Below are positions 11,043 to 20,554 of a DNA stretch of 64,000 bases, in pieces. Within the stretch, counting starts at the first letter, position 1; the number at the start of each line of letters is the position of its first letter. The DNA comes from a virus (lineage: Duplodnaviria > Caudoviricetes), in IMG/VR virus record IMGVR_UViG_3300025392_000002; one strand, given 5' to 3'. The translations under genes and the position numbers were made by a program. The notes under the pieces are model-generated. The model worked only from the letters and a program-made list of their open reading frames with translations. It had not been told where the DNA came from and did no database searches.

Positions 11043-11900
11043 ATGGCATTCGATTATCAATCACTTAGAAATATTACAGATCCTCAGTTTATCAGACAGA
11101 CGCTAGTTACTGGCGATTTTGCCAGTGCCGCAGTAACAACAGCAACTATTGTCAATAATACAGTTACATCAACACAACTAGGTACAAGTTCGGTTGTAAT
11201 GAGTTCAAACGTTGTGACTAACACACTACAATATGGTCGTGGAGGAACAGGTCTTACTAGTCTAGGTAGCGGATATTATACATTGGCAGTCAATAGCTCA
11301 GGTAACGGATATAACTGGGTACCTTACGGAGTTTATGGCATTCAAGTATTCACAAGCAGTACCACTTGGACTCGTCCTAGCTATGTTAGATATGTCAAAG
11401 TTCAATTAGTAGGAGCTGGTGGTGGCGGTTCAGGACACGGGGAATCCGGTGGTGCAGGCGGGTACAGTGAAAGAATTTTAAACGTCACTGGTATTAGTTC
11501 GGTATCAGTCTCGGTAGCTGGCGGAGATAGCGGCAGTAGCTTCTATTCAGGAGCAGGCTCACAAGGTGGTGGAACAAGTTTTGGGCCATACCTAAGTGCT
11601 AGCGGTGGATATGGAGCAAATCAAAACAACCAACATTCAGGCGGATTAGCTGGTACAGGTTCTGGTGGTGATATTAACGTATATGGTGGCGGTGGTCAAA
11701 CACACCATACTAGAAGTGCAGTAGGCGGAGATTGTTATTTTGGTGGAGCCGTAGCTGCCGGGCATCCACAAGGCGGCAATTTTAGTCATAATCACCAAGG
11801 TCATGCAACACCGGGTTCAGGCGGAACAGGTGGATATTTCGGCGGACACTATGGTTCTCAAGGTAAAAACGGAATCATCATAGTCACAATGTACTATTGA
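11043..11900 (+). CDS. Glycine/histidine-rich fibre/adhesin-like protein, paralogue 2
   Basis: Same architecture and motifs as its neighbours (GHGESGGAGGY, NQHSGG, GHPQGGNFSHNHQ). Confidence 0.7.
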   Translation: MAFDYQSLRNITDPQFIRQTLVTGDFASAAVTTATIVNNTVTSTQLGTSSVVMSSNVVTNTLQYGRGGTGLTSLGSGYYTLAVNSSGNGYNWVPYGVYGIQVFTSSTTWTRPSYVRYVKVQLVGAGGGGSGHGESGGAGGYSERILNVTGISSVSVSVAGGDSGSSFYSGAGSQGGGTSFGPYLSASGGYGANQNNQHSGGLAGTGSGGDINVYGGGGQTHHTRSAVGGDCYFGGAVAAGHPQGGNFSHNHQGHATPGSGGTGGYFGGHYGSQGKNGIIIVTMYY

Positions 11901-11926
11901 TAAGTAAATGATCGAGGAAAACATTA

Positions 11927-12799
11927 ATGGCATTTGATTATCAAACACTTAAAAATATTAACGCTCAATTAGCAGTTACAGCCGCAAACGTTATCGGCGG
12001 CGCCGGTAGTGGCTCAATAGCCGCAGGTAATGTGACTACATCAGTTTTGGCTGCTAGTTCTGTCACCGGTGCTAAACTAGCAAATGCCTCAGTTAGTTTA
12101 CAGTCAAGTACTATTACAGGTGTATTGCCATATACTAGTGGCGGAACAGGATTAAATAGCTATCCTAACGATTATAACTCCTTGTTAAGAACAAACTCGG
12201 GTGGTAGTGGCATGGAATATGCCAACCACGGATTACAAAGTATGCAGGTTTTTACAAGCGGTGGCACTTGGAACTGCCCAGCTAACGTTCGCTATATAAG
12301 AGTTCAATGTGTTGGCGGTGGCGGTGGTGGTTCAGGCCATGGAGAATCTGGCGGTGCTGGCGGATATTGTGAAAGAATTTTAAACGTCACTAGCATCAGT
12401 TCGGTAAGTGTATCAATTGGTGGTGACGTAGGCGGTAGTTTTTATGCTGGCGCAGGATCAAACGGCAATGGTGTAAGTTTTGGTCCTTACTGTTCAGCAA
12501 ATCCTGGATATGGAGCTAATCAACAAAATCAACATAGCGGCGGAGTCAGCGGAACTGGATCTGGCGGAGACGTAAACATGTATGGTAGCGGTGGTGGTAG
12601 TCATCACCACAGTTTTGGCCCGGGAGGCAGAACATATTTTGGTGGAAGTGTTGCTGGCGGACATCCACAAGGCGGAAATTTTAGTCACAATCATCAAAGT
12701 CACTCAGTTCCAGGTAGCGGTGGTCGTGGAGCATACTTCCACGGACACTACGGATCAAACGGAAAATCCGGAATGATCATCATAACACATTATTATTAA
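11927..12799 (+). CDS. Glycine/histidine-rich fibre/adhesin-like protein, paralogue 3
   Basis: Same architecture and motifs; preceded by a TAAGTA box and GAGG RBS. Confidence 0.7.
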   Translation: MAFDYQTLKNINAQLAVTAANVIGGAGSGSIAAGNVTTSVLAASSVTGAKLANASVSLQSSTITGVLPYTSGGTGLNSYPNDYNSLLRTNSGGSGMEYANHGLQSMQVFTSGGTWNCPANVRYIRVQCVGGGGGGSGHGESGGAGGYCERILNVTSISSVSVSIGGDVGGSFYAGAGSNGNGVSFGPYCSANPGYGANQQNQHSGGVSGTGSGGDVNMYGSGGGSHHHSFGPGGRTYFGGSVAGGHPQGGNFSHNHQSHSVPGSGGRGAYFHGHYGSNGKSGMIIITHYY

Positions 12800-12812
12800 T
12801 ACGGAGTTTAGA

Positions 12813-13355
12813 ATGAAGAAAGCACTAATGGGGTTTCAAGGTTATATACATGAAATTAAAGATCCCGGAGAAGATTATCAAATTTATGAAGGACCAGATG
12901 CTACAATGATGTGGGTCGATGCTCCTGACGATATTACCATCAACTGGACATTAGAATATAGTCCACGATACGCATGTATGGTATGGGTAGAACGTCCTAG
13001 ACCGTTTACCAACTTAGAAGTTGCTAGAAAAGTGGGCTATGGTGATGTTGGCGAACAATTAGGTATGTTGTTCGACGATTTAAAAGCAAACGGTACACTC
13101 AGCGCAGAAACTAGTTCATGGTTTGAACACGTATCTTATATTAAAAGTGTAATTCCTAAGCCACCACTAGTAGAAGAACCTAAACATTTAGAAGAGTTAT
13201 TAGTAGAATGGGCCACTAGAGAACCGACTATTTCTAAAGAATGCAAAATGTCTACACCTGAGCAACAAAGTTGGCTACGTTATCCTGGCTGGAAGAACTA
13301 TAATCCAGAAGCAGGTATGCCACCAAAAGATAGCATTATTAGAATTACAGAGTAA
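12813..13355 (+). CDS. Putative tail-fibre assembly chaperone-like protein
   Basis: RKVGYGDVGEQLGMLF...WFEHVSYIKSVIPKP resembles the R...Y....EQL..L...W...I..IK...PK motif of small proteins following fibre genes; GGAG RBS. Confidence 0.5.
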   Translation: MKKALMGFQGYIHEIKDPGEDYQIYEGPDATMMWVDAPDDITINWTLEYSPRYACMVWVERPRPFTNLEVARKVGYGDVGEQLGMLFDDLKANGTLSAETSSWFEHVSYIKSVIPKPPLVEEPKHLEELLVEWATREPTISKECKMSTPEQQSWLRYPGWKNYNPEAGMPPKDSIIRITE

Positions 13356-13369
13356 TTTTATCTAATAAT

Positions 13370-13393
13370 AAACCGGCCATCTAGGCCGGTTTT
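13370..13393 (+). terminator. Rho-independent terminator ending the fibre module
   Basis: AAACCGGCC-ATCTA-GGCCGGTTTT hairpin with a short T tract. Confidence 0.75.
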
Positions 13394-13418
13394 CACGACT
13401 AACGTATCTATTGACGGC

Positions 13419-13424
13419 TAAGTA
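13419..13424 (+). promoter_or_regulatory. Putative late promoter (TAAGTA variant) for the plus-strand halogenase/oxygenase arm
   Basis: CTAAGTA lies 23 nt before the ATG at 13448 (GAGGT RBS). The same variant precedes the small terminase (37314). Confidence 0.45.
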
Positions 13425-13447
13425 CTACTACAAATCTCAGAGGTAAT

Positions 13448-15085
13448 ATGGATAATTTTGAATACAAAAAAGTAGTAATAGTCGGTGGTGGAAGTTCAGG
13501 TTGGATGACGGCAGCCGCTCTATCTAAACTATGCCCACACTTGGAAATCACCTTAATTGAATCTAAAAAAATTGGAACTGTAGGTGTCGGCGAGTCTACA
13601 CTAGGCCATATCAATCGGTATTTAAACTTATTAGGTTTAAAAGATGAAGATTGGATGAAAGCCTGCAATGCTACGTATAAAAATTCAATCAGATTTACCA
13701 ACTTTAGAGAAAACAAAGGCGAATCCTTTGAATATCCATTTATTAACGGATATGATTTAACAGATAAACATAATGGATTGCAATCATGGGGTGAAGTTGC
13801 AACTATGTACCCAGACGATTATCCACCTGAAACTTTTTCAGAATTTTATGCGCCAGTTAATACACTACTAGCAAAGTATAATAAAGAAACTAAAAATGAA
13901 AACGGAGAATTCCGCCATTATGATTTCCCTACAAATACTGCTTATCACATGGATGCGGGTTTGTTTGGAGAATGGTTAAAAAATAATATAGCACTACCTA
14001 ATGGTGTAAAACAAGAATTCGGTGAATTGCATTCTTTTAGAAAAGATCCTAAAGGGAATCTTTCTCAAGTACTAACAACAGATGGAAGAACTTTCAATGG
14101 AGATCTATGGATTGACTGTACTGGCTTTAGAAGTTTGTTACTAGAAGAATGGATGGGATCATTTTTTATTCCGTTTGAAAATCAATTAGCCAATGATATG
14201 GCATGGGCATGTAGAATTCCTTACATTGATAGAGATAAGGAAATGCACAATGTTACAGATTGCCATGCATTAAACAATGGCTGGGTTTGGAATATTCCTT
14301 TATGGAATCGTATTGGTACTGGATATGTGTTTTCTTCAAGATTCTGTACACCACAAGAAGCTCAGAAAGAGTTCAGAGCTCATCTAGCTAAGAGCGATCC
14401 TAAACGTGCCGAAGAAGCAGAAATGTTCCAAGTTAAAATTAGACACGGTTATAGACATCGTGCTTGGAAAATGAATGTAGTAGGTGTTGGGTTAAGTTAT
14501 GGGTTTGTTGAACCATTAGAATCTACTGGATTACTAACAACACATGAAAATATTATAAGACTAGTTGATGTATTAAATCGTCGCAATGGATATGTTACTA
14601 GTGTGGAAAAAGAAGCATATAATCTAGCCGCACAATTAGAAGTTACCGGTTTCAGGGACTTTGTAGCATGTCATTATGCATTATCAAAGAGAACTGATAC
14701 TCCTTACTGGCGTTGGTATACACAAATTAATGATTTGTTTCCTTTGCAGTTTAACGATTTTATCCCAGCAATGCATACTGCATCAAATGCAATAGCGGCA
14801 TTAGCTAGTAATCATTATAACGAAAGTACTCAAGGGTTGTCATTTATCATGGCCGGCATGGGTATTAAAAATATATCAACACCCGCACTAGTGACAAGTA
14901 CAATCAGCAGTACTGGTACATCTGCACCAATAAGATTAACTGTAGATAAAATGGATGCAATTAATGATACTAAACGTAAACACGAACAATATATAGAGTG
15001 GCTTACAGAACGTATTAAAGAATTACCAAGTCACTATGAATATTTGAGAGACAATATTTACGGCGGTACAGATGAACATCTGTAA
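13448..15085 (+). CDS. Flavin-dependent halogenase (tryptophan halogenase family)
   Basis: GGGSSG FAD motif, GVGESTL, catalytic-Lys motif ATYKNSIRF, WVWNIP, FVEPLESTG. Confidence 0.9.
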   Translation: MDNFEYKKVVIVGGGSSGWMTAAALSKLCPHLEITLIESKKIGTVGVGESTLGHINRYLNLLGLKDEDWMKACNATYKNSIRFTNFRENKGESFEYPFINGYDLTDKHNGLQSWGEVATMYPDDYPPETFSEFYAPVNTLLAKYNKETKNENGEFRHYDFPTNTAYHMDAGLFGEWLKNNIALPNGVKQEFGELHSFRKDPKGNLSQVLTTDGRTFNGDLWIDCTGFRSLLLEEWMGSFFIPFENQLANDMAWACRIPYIDRDKEMHNVTDCHALNNGWVWNIPLWNRIGTGYVFSSRFCTPQEAQKEFRAHLAKSDPKRAEEAEMFQVKIRHGYRHRAWKMNVVGVGLSYGFVEPLESTGLLTTHENIIRLVDVLNRRNGYVTSVEKEAYNLAAQLEVTGFRDFVACHYALSKRTDTPYWRWYTQINDLFPLQFNDFIPAMHTASNAIAALASNHYNESTQGLSFIMAGMGIKNISTPALVTSTISSTGTSAPIRLTVDKMDAINDTKRKHEQYIEWLTERIKELPSHYEYLRDNIYGGTDEHL

Positions 15086-15848
15086 ATGGTTGTTTGGTAA
15101 AAAAGAAAAAAGCTGGATTAGGTTCTACAGTATGGAGCCTGGTGTTCCAGAAATTTTCCCTATACGACCTTCTTCTGAAATAAAACGAAATTGGATGGAT
15201 GTACAACAAGATCCAGATCCTGATAACGGGCCAATGTATACAAAAAATTGTCCTGGCATTAAGAAATTAGTAAATTCAGGGTGGGTACTTACTGCTCCTG
15301 CTGATTTTATAATTGCCACTAATGGAGATAAAACTACATTTCGTTGGAGAGAATCAAGGAAGTTTAATAGAGGAACGCCAGGTTGGGAAAACTATGTAGG
15401 ATTTCATAATCAGCATCAAACAGAGTTAACTTTAGATGATCCTGAAAAAAGTTTAAAGACTGTAGTTAAGTTGGATACTCCATGGCGCATCGCCGCCTCA
15501 GACGACATGATGTTATTACAACTGCCTGTCAGCTATAATAACGAGTCAAGATTTACTGCGGCTACCGGAGTGTTTGATCCACGGTTTGGCCATGTAGTAA
15601 ATGTACAACTGTATTGGCATGTATTTGAAGGTGAAACTTTAATTAAAGCAGGAACTCCTTTAGTACAGTATTTGCCAATACGCAGGGATTATTTAAATAT
15701 TAGCAATCATATTGTTACTATTGACACTGCTACCGAACAAGATTTGCTAACTGAACGTAAGTTTAATTATGCAACAAATTGTACTTTTATAACACATGAT
15801 AATATTGGCTCACGACTACGTAGAGCAGTAAAATCTTTAGCTAAGTAA
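15072..15848 (+). CDS. Hypothetical protein, possibly degenerate dUTPase-like beta fold
   Basis: TKNCPG...TPW...TLIKAGTPLVQYLP resembles a family that accompanies phage oxygenase clusters; canonical dUTPase motifs are incomplete. Confidence 0.45.
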   Translation: MNICKWLFGKKEKSWIRFYSMEPGVPEIFPIRPSSEIKRNWMDVQQDPDPDNGPMYTKNCPGIKKLVNSGWVLTAPADFIIATNGDKTTFRWRESRKFNRGTPGWENYVGFHNQHQTELTLDDPEKSLKTVVKLDTPWRIAASDDMMLLQLPVSYNNESRFTAATGVFDPRFGHVVNVQLYWHVFEGETLIKAGTPLVQYLPIRRDYLNISNHIVTIDTATEQDLLTERKFNYATNCTFITHDNIGSRLRRAVKSLAK

Positions 15849-15864
15849 TTCACAGGAGAATTAA

Positions 15865-16122
15865 ATGGAATATATCGACCACCTAAATCAATCTATTGAG
15901 AATGTTCAATCAGAATTGACTCGAGTTAAAGAAGAACTAGCAGTCCTAGAAAAAGATTTTGGCGATGTTAAACTTAATCCGTACGGAGTAACTAACATTG
16001 ATTTCAGCAAAAGACAAGAACTTATGAGCGATGCCTTAAAAATGGAAGGCGCAATAATGGGCCTAAATTTAGCTAAGGAAGCGTTTACCGGAGTAGCACC
16101 GGATGCAGTGGCCACACCTTAA
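15865..16122 (+). CDS. Hypothetical coiled-coil protein
   Basis: Strong AGGAGA RBS; helical heptad pattern. Confidence 0.6.
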   Translation: MEYIDHLNQSIENVQSELTRVKEELAVLEKDFGDVKLNPYGVTNIDFSKRQELMSDALKMEGAIMGLNLAKEAFTGVAPDAVATP

Positions 16123-16705
16123 TGTAGTGCGTGATGGGCAGATGGCTGACCCATTTCCAAATTTAATTTGGAAATATCATTACGAGTTTGATTGGGATAA
16201 ACTAAAAGATAAAGTTTATAATCACATACAAAGCACTTCATGCTCGACATCGTTAGAGTTAGGCGATTCTCAATCTTCTATAGGTGCCGCTTATGAAGAC
16301 AGAGTTATCAATTGGCCAGAAATGCAGGATTTTCTCAAGTGGTTAGAACCTGTTTTTGAATTTCAGTGGCGTCATCACGGATATGTATACCAAGAAAAAC
16401 GTATTGGAGAAGTATGGTTTAATCGTCACGGCTTTGGAGGCCAAACACTTGAACACCATCACAACGGTATAGGACTAGTTCTTACTGCATACTTACAATT
16501 ACCTCCCGGGAGTGGATTCATCGAATTCCGAGATCCTTTAGAATATCACAAAGCCAACAGTCCTATTATTCCTGAAAATTTGTTATGGAAGTCTGTAGAA
16601 TGTGAGACAAATGATATTCTTATTTTTCCTGGATGGTTAAAACATCGAACACAGCCTAGTAACTCTAATGAAGACCGTGTTGTTATGACTATGAATATAA
16701 GATGA
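16103..16705 (+). CDS. Putative 2OG-Fe(II) oxygenase (TIGR02466-like)
   Basis: WFN...EHHH...YLQLP...IFPGWLKHRT...RVVMTMN. Confidence 0.8.
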   Translation: MQWPHLNVVRDGQMADPFPNLIWKYHYEFDWDKLKDKVYNHIQSTSCSTSLELGDSQSSIGAAYEDRVINWPEMQDFLKWLEPVFEFQWRHHGYVYQEKRIGEVWFNRHGFGGQTLEHHHNGIGLVLTAYLQLPPGSGFIEFRDPLEYHKANSPIIPENLLWKSVECETNDILIFPGWLKHRTQPSNSNEDRVVMTMNIR

Positions 16706-17478
16706 ACTTTGTAACATGCTATCCAGATGCAAACTCGTTTAAAGATATTATACATGTCAAATCATTAGAAGATTGGCATGTTGAATATGTACCTTTAACA
16801 GATACTACAGGTTATTGGGTTGGAGATAATCCATTTTACGATAACGGATTTGACTTGTATAGAGATCTAGTTGCTATGTTTCCTATAGTATCTTCTAACA
16901 ATGACAAATATTGCTGGGATGCAAATCCTTTTGCTACAATACATCTACCAAGTTGGGCAAGCGAGTCTATTGCTGTACTAATAAAAGAATTTTATTTAAA
17001 AAATATTAGCCCGTACGGCAGTAATAGTCAAATAAACGAATGGGGAAATTTATATCGCAATGATGCCAAGCCGTTAAAAGCCTATCAGATTCCGCATATA
17101 GATTATCAAGCAGGTTTTATTGGAAATTTATGGTTCAGTAGCCACGAACCAGGTACTACTGGTACTAACATTTATGAATACACTGGAAAATATATAGATT
17201 CAGCTTATGATTTCCAAGTAGATACTAACCACCCGTTGCATGAAGAATATAAGTCTAGTCTTTATAGATTGGATAAATGGGAAAATTTTTCTGAAGAAGA
17301 CGCAGAGCACTGGGGATTTAAAAAACTTGGATTTGCTCCGTGCGTTGAAGGCAAGATGACCATGTATAAAGCTAACCAACCACATTGCCCTTGGCTTGAT
17401 AATAGTGTAAAATTTAGATGGTCTCACTCATATGCATTTCATTATGAGCCAATTAGAATGAGCAATTTAATAAAATGA
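16702..17478 (+). CDS. Putative 2OG-Fe(II) oxygenase-like protein (DUF6445-like)
   Basis: PHID HxD motif, GT.IY, distal PH and R.S. Confidence 0.65.
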   Translation: MNFVTCYPDANSFKDIIHVKSLEDWHVEYVPLTDTTGYWVGDNPFYDNGFDLYRDLVAMFPIVSSNNDKYCWDANPFATIHLPSWASESIAVLIKEFYLKNISPYGSNSQINEWGNLYRNDAKPLKAYQIPHIDYQAGFIGNLWFSSHEPGTTGTNIYEYTGKYIDSAYDFQVDTNHPLHEEYKSSLYRLDKWENFSEEDAEHWGFKKLGFAPCVEGKMTMYKANQPHCPWLDNSVKFRWSHSYAFHYEPIRMSNLIK

Positions 17479-18068
17479 ACTTAGATGTATATTTTCCAAC
17501 TCCAGTTTGGTGGGAAGATCTCACCATTAACAACACTGAAATTTTAGATTTCTGCCATGAAATGCAGATCAAAAATCCTACTGGTCGACGTATTAGCAAT
17601 GTCGGCGGCTGGCAATCTGACGATATTGGGCCAGACGAATACCCTGAACTAAAATCTTTAGTAGATGCCATTTATGAAAAAACTAAATTTTGTTTAGAGA
17701 CTTACGGATTTGCACCAGAGTCGGTTAATATGACTATTGGAAATTTATGGATTAATATTAATAAAGAGTCAGATAGTAATGCTGTGCATACACATACCAG
17801 TGCTTTTTTATCCGGAGTCTACTACGTAAAGGCTAGTCGAAATAGTGCTCCTATTGTATTTTATAAAAATTTTGCAGAAGATGCAATAATTACATCAATT
17901 GCGCCAGTTGCAACATTTACACAGCTAAGTGGTTCTACTGCAAAGTATCCGCCTCGAGCTGGCCGCCTAGTTATGTTCCCAGCATGGTTACCGCATAGTG
18001 TATTGCCTAATCCAGTAGACGAAGAACGTATATCTATTGCATTCAATATAAAGATGAAACAATGTTAG
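17475..18068 (+). CDS. Putative 2OG-Fe(II) oxygenase (TIGR02466-like)
   Basis: FPTPVW, SNVGGWQS, WININ...HTH...LSGVYYV, FPAWLPHSV, RISIAFN. Confidence 0.85.
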   Translation: MNLDVYFPTPVWWEDLTINNTEILDFCHEMQIKNPTGRRISNVGGWQSDDIGPDEYPELKSLVDAIYEKTKFCLETYGFAPESVNMTIGNLWININKESDSNAVHTHTSAFLSGVYYVKASRNSAPIVFYKNFAEDAIITSIAPVATFTQLSGSTAKYPPRAGRLVMFPAWLPHSVLPNPVDEERISIAFNIKMKQC

Positions 18069-18781
18069 AAACTCTTGGCCAACAATTACTGAATGGTATA
18101 AATTTTGACTACGATGATCGTGCTGGATTTTTTCCAGGTTTAATTGCTAATCCTGAAAAATTCTTAACATGGAAAGATGTCGAAGAATGTGTTAACCGTC
18201 CAGAGTTATGGGAATTTGAAATAATTGATAGCAATAATAATAAAATTGATATTCCAGTTAGTACAAAAATGTGGAAGTATTCTGGAACTGTACAAGACAA
18301 ATCTTTATTAGCTAGGTATATTAATCAAGGTTGCACAGCAGTAATTACTAATTACGGATTTAAGAATGAATGGACCAATGAACTATTAAAAGTATTTGAA
18401 AATATTTTTAATGTTCATGCGGCTATACACGTATACTGCGGTTTACAAGGTAGTAAAAGTTTTACTATACACGACGACTATCCTGCAAACTTTATTATAC
18501 AAGTTGAAGGGGAAACACGATGGAAAATATTTAAAAATCGTATATCCTATTTGTATAAAACCGGAAGAATGAATGGTAAGTTAACTGATGATATGTTAGA
18601 TGTAGATATTGATGTAGTGCTTAAACCTGGAGATGTGTTGTATATTCCAGCAAGAGCATATCATGTAGCATATCCTGATCAAAAAAGATTATCTATGAGT
18701 ATTCCTTGTTGGAACAAACTGTCTACAGATGTACCGTCATTAGCTATTGATAGAAATACCTACAGGATTAATTATGAATGA
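18062..18781 (+). CDS. JmjC/cupin-4 (ROXA/YcfD-like) oxygenase
   Basis: SFTIHDD...FIIQVEGETRW...LKPGDVLYIPARAYH...RLSMS. Confidence 0.85.
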   Translation: MLETLGQQLLNGINFDYDDRAGFFPGLIANPEKFLTWKDVEECVNRPELWEFEIIDSNNNKIDIPVSTKMWKYSGTVQDKSLLARYINQGCTAVITNYGFKNEWTNELLKVFENIFNVHAAIHVYCGLQGSKSFTIHDDYPANFIIQVEGETRWKIFKNRISYLYKTGRMNGKLTDDMLDVDIDVVLKPGDVLYIPARAYHVAYPDQKRLSMSIPCWNKLSTDVPSLAIDRNTYRINYE

Positions 18782-19361
18782 AACGTATATAGTTTTACGT
18801 AATGCAATTAATCCTGATCTTTGCAAGTTTATAAAAACAGAAGTTACCCTTATTGAAAATGTTATAAATTATCAGGGTAGAAATACTCGCATAGAAAAAG
18901 GTCAAGAAGAATCTTTTGGAGTATATGGATTATTTTGCTTTGAATCCTTGTCTTTACATTTAAAATCTTTAGTAGAGGAAAGTACAGGTAAACAATTATT
19001 CCCAACATATACATACGGACGGGTGTATAGAACTGGTGCAAAATTAGAAAAGCACATTGATAGACGAAGTAGCGAATACACAGTTTCTTGTTGTATAGAA
19101 AAAGACCCAGTTGATTGGCTATTAGCTGTAGAAGATAGTACAGGAGTAGTATCCAAAATTTTATTAGAACAGGGCGATATATTAATATATAAAGGTAGTA
19201 CACATTATCATTGGCGAGAAGGTGCATTTTCTGGTAAAGAACAACTACAAATATTCTTGCAGTATGTAGATGTTCATGGTAGCAACACAGATTTAAAATA
19301 CGATAAACGACCAATGTTAGGTTTACCCGTATCACAGGAGTTTTTAAATGAAGCCAATTGA
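18774..19361 (+). CDS. Putative 2OG-Fe(II) oxygenase
   Basis: PTYTYGRVY...LEKHIDR.S.EY...GD..IY.G...HWRE...QIFLQY. ATG 18774 is preferred over TTG 18747. Confidence 0.8.
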   Translation: MNETYIVLRNAINPDLCKFIKTEVTLIENVINYQGRNTRIEKGQEESFGVYGLFCFESLSLHLKSLVEESTGKQLFPTYTYGRVYRTGAKLEKHIDRRSSEYTVSCCIEKDPVDWLLAVEDSTGVVSKILLEQGDILIYKGSTHYHWREGAFSGKEQLQIFLQYVDVHGSNTDLKYDKRPMLGLPVSQEFLNEAN

Positions 19362-19920
19362 AATAGAAAATGTTATTGATAAAGAATATCAACAAAAAAT
19401 ATATGACACTGTAACTAGTATAGACTTCCCATGGCATTATATGGAAGATACTACATTTGAAGTTAAACAAACAAAATACGACACTACGCCGGCCTTTGGT
19501 CATCTATTATTTTCTAATCAAACAAAAAGCGAATATCTCGATGTGTTTACACCATTGATGCTAACGGCTATTGAAAAATGTGGATTAAAACTTATTAGTC
19601 CGTTAAGATTACGTCTTGGGTTTTTATTGAACACAATATATCCGTTACCAAGTATTGGATACAAACATAATACACCGCATGTAGACGCTTCGGTAGATCA
19701 TTATACTATATGCTACTATGTTAACTCATCTGATGGCGCCACAATGATTTTTAATCAACAGGAAGAGTCAGAAAAATATACATTATTACACAAAGTTGAA
19801 CCTCGACAGGGTAAAATTGTATGTTTTGATGGTAAGAATTATCATGCAAGTACTTGTCCTAAAATGCATTCTAGCCGAATAGTGCTTACTATTAATTTTA
19901 CTGCTGAAAAAAATGCATAA
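19348..19920 (+). CDS. Putative 2OG-Fe(II) oxygenase
   Basis: FPWHY, PHVD, YYVNSSDG.T, FDG..YHAS..P, RIVL.IN. Confidence 0.8.
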   Translation: MKPIEIENVIDKEYQQKIYDTVTSIDFPWHYMEDTTFEVKQTKYDTTPAFGHLLFSNQTKSEYLDVFTPLMLTAIEKCGLKLISPLRLRLGFLLNTIYPLPSIGYKHNTPHVDASVDHYTICYYVNSSDGATMIFNQQEESEKYTLLHKVEPRQGKIVCFDGKNYHASTCPKMHSSRIVLTINFTAEKNA

Positions 19921-20554
19921 TAGAAAAAACAGATTGTATTATCCATTCATCCCTACAATCGTAGTTGATGATTTTTTTGAAACTCCAGAGATGATCAGGA
20001 GTTTTGCACTGTCTCAGGATTTTTTTAAAGGGGATCGTGGATATTGGCCTGGAGTTCGAAGTAAGATGCTAGATGAAACTAGTACAGAATTGTTTAATTT
20101 GATGCAATATAATATATTAAATTGTTTGCCACAATTTAAAAAATTTGAAAAGTTTGAAAGTACCTTTCATCTTTGTAATGAGAGCTATGTAAGAGGCTGG
20201 GTACATGATGATGCACCCGATGTTAATGTTGCAGGGTTTGTATATCTATCTCCTAATCCTCCATTAAATACTGGAACTACATTTTTTGAAGATTCTATTG
20301 AACAAATGATGTCGCAGTATTTAGAGCCTTTTATGGACGATGTTTCAAGGATGCCCGATGAACCTCCTAGATTAGAATACAGCAAGTATAGAGATGAACA
20401 AATAAGCTGGTTTAAAAAATCGTTAAGTATTGACAATATGTTTAATCGTGCTATAATATTTGATCCGCGTACTTGGCATGCCGCAGATAATTTTTTTGGA
20501 ACTACTAAAGAAGATTCCAGATTAACTATTGTATTTTTTGGGAGAGCAGTATGA
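19913..20554 (+). CDS. Putative 2OG-Fe(II) oxygenase (DUF6445-like)
   Basis: VDDFF...WPGVRS...GWVHDD...YL...GT...FNRAIIFD...WH...RL. Confidence 0.75.
   Translation: MHNRKNRLYYPFIPTIVVDDFFETPEMIRSFALSQDFFKGDRGYWPGVRSKMLDETSTELFNLMQYNILNCLPQFKKFEKFESTFHLCNESYVRGWVHDDAPDVNVAGFVYLSPNPPLNTGTTFFEDSIEQMMSQYLEPFMDDVSRMPDEPPRLEYSKYRDEQISWFKKSLSIDNMFNRAIIFDPRTWHAADNFFGTTKEDSRLTIVFFGRAV

Noticed and set aside
10194-12799. DGR template/variable repeats among the Gly-rich paralogues
   Set aside because: Differences are mostly synonymous third-position changes of all base types, not A-specific.
13411-13440. Sigma70 promoter from TTGACG before halogenase 1
   Set aside because: No acceptable -10 hexamer at 16-18 nt spacing.
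18862-19503. 213-aa minus-strand ORF, plus other antisense ORFs such as 42291..43058 and 60969..61478
   Set aside because: Shadow frames of well-supported plus-strand genes, with no RBS or motifs.
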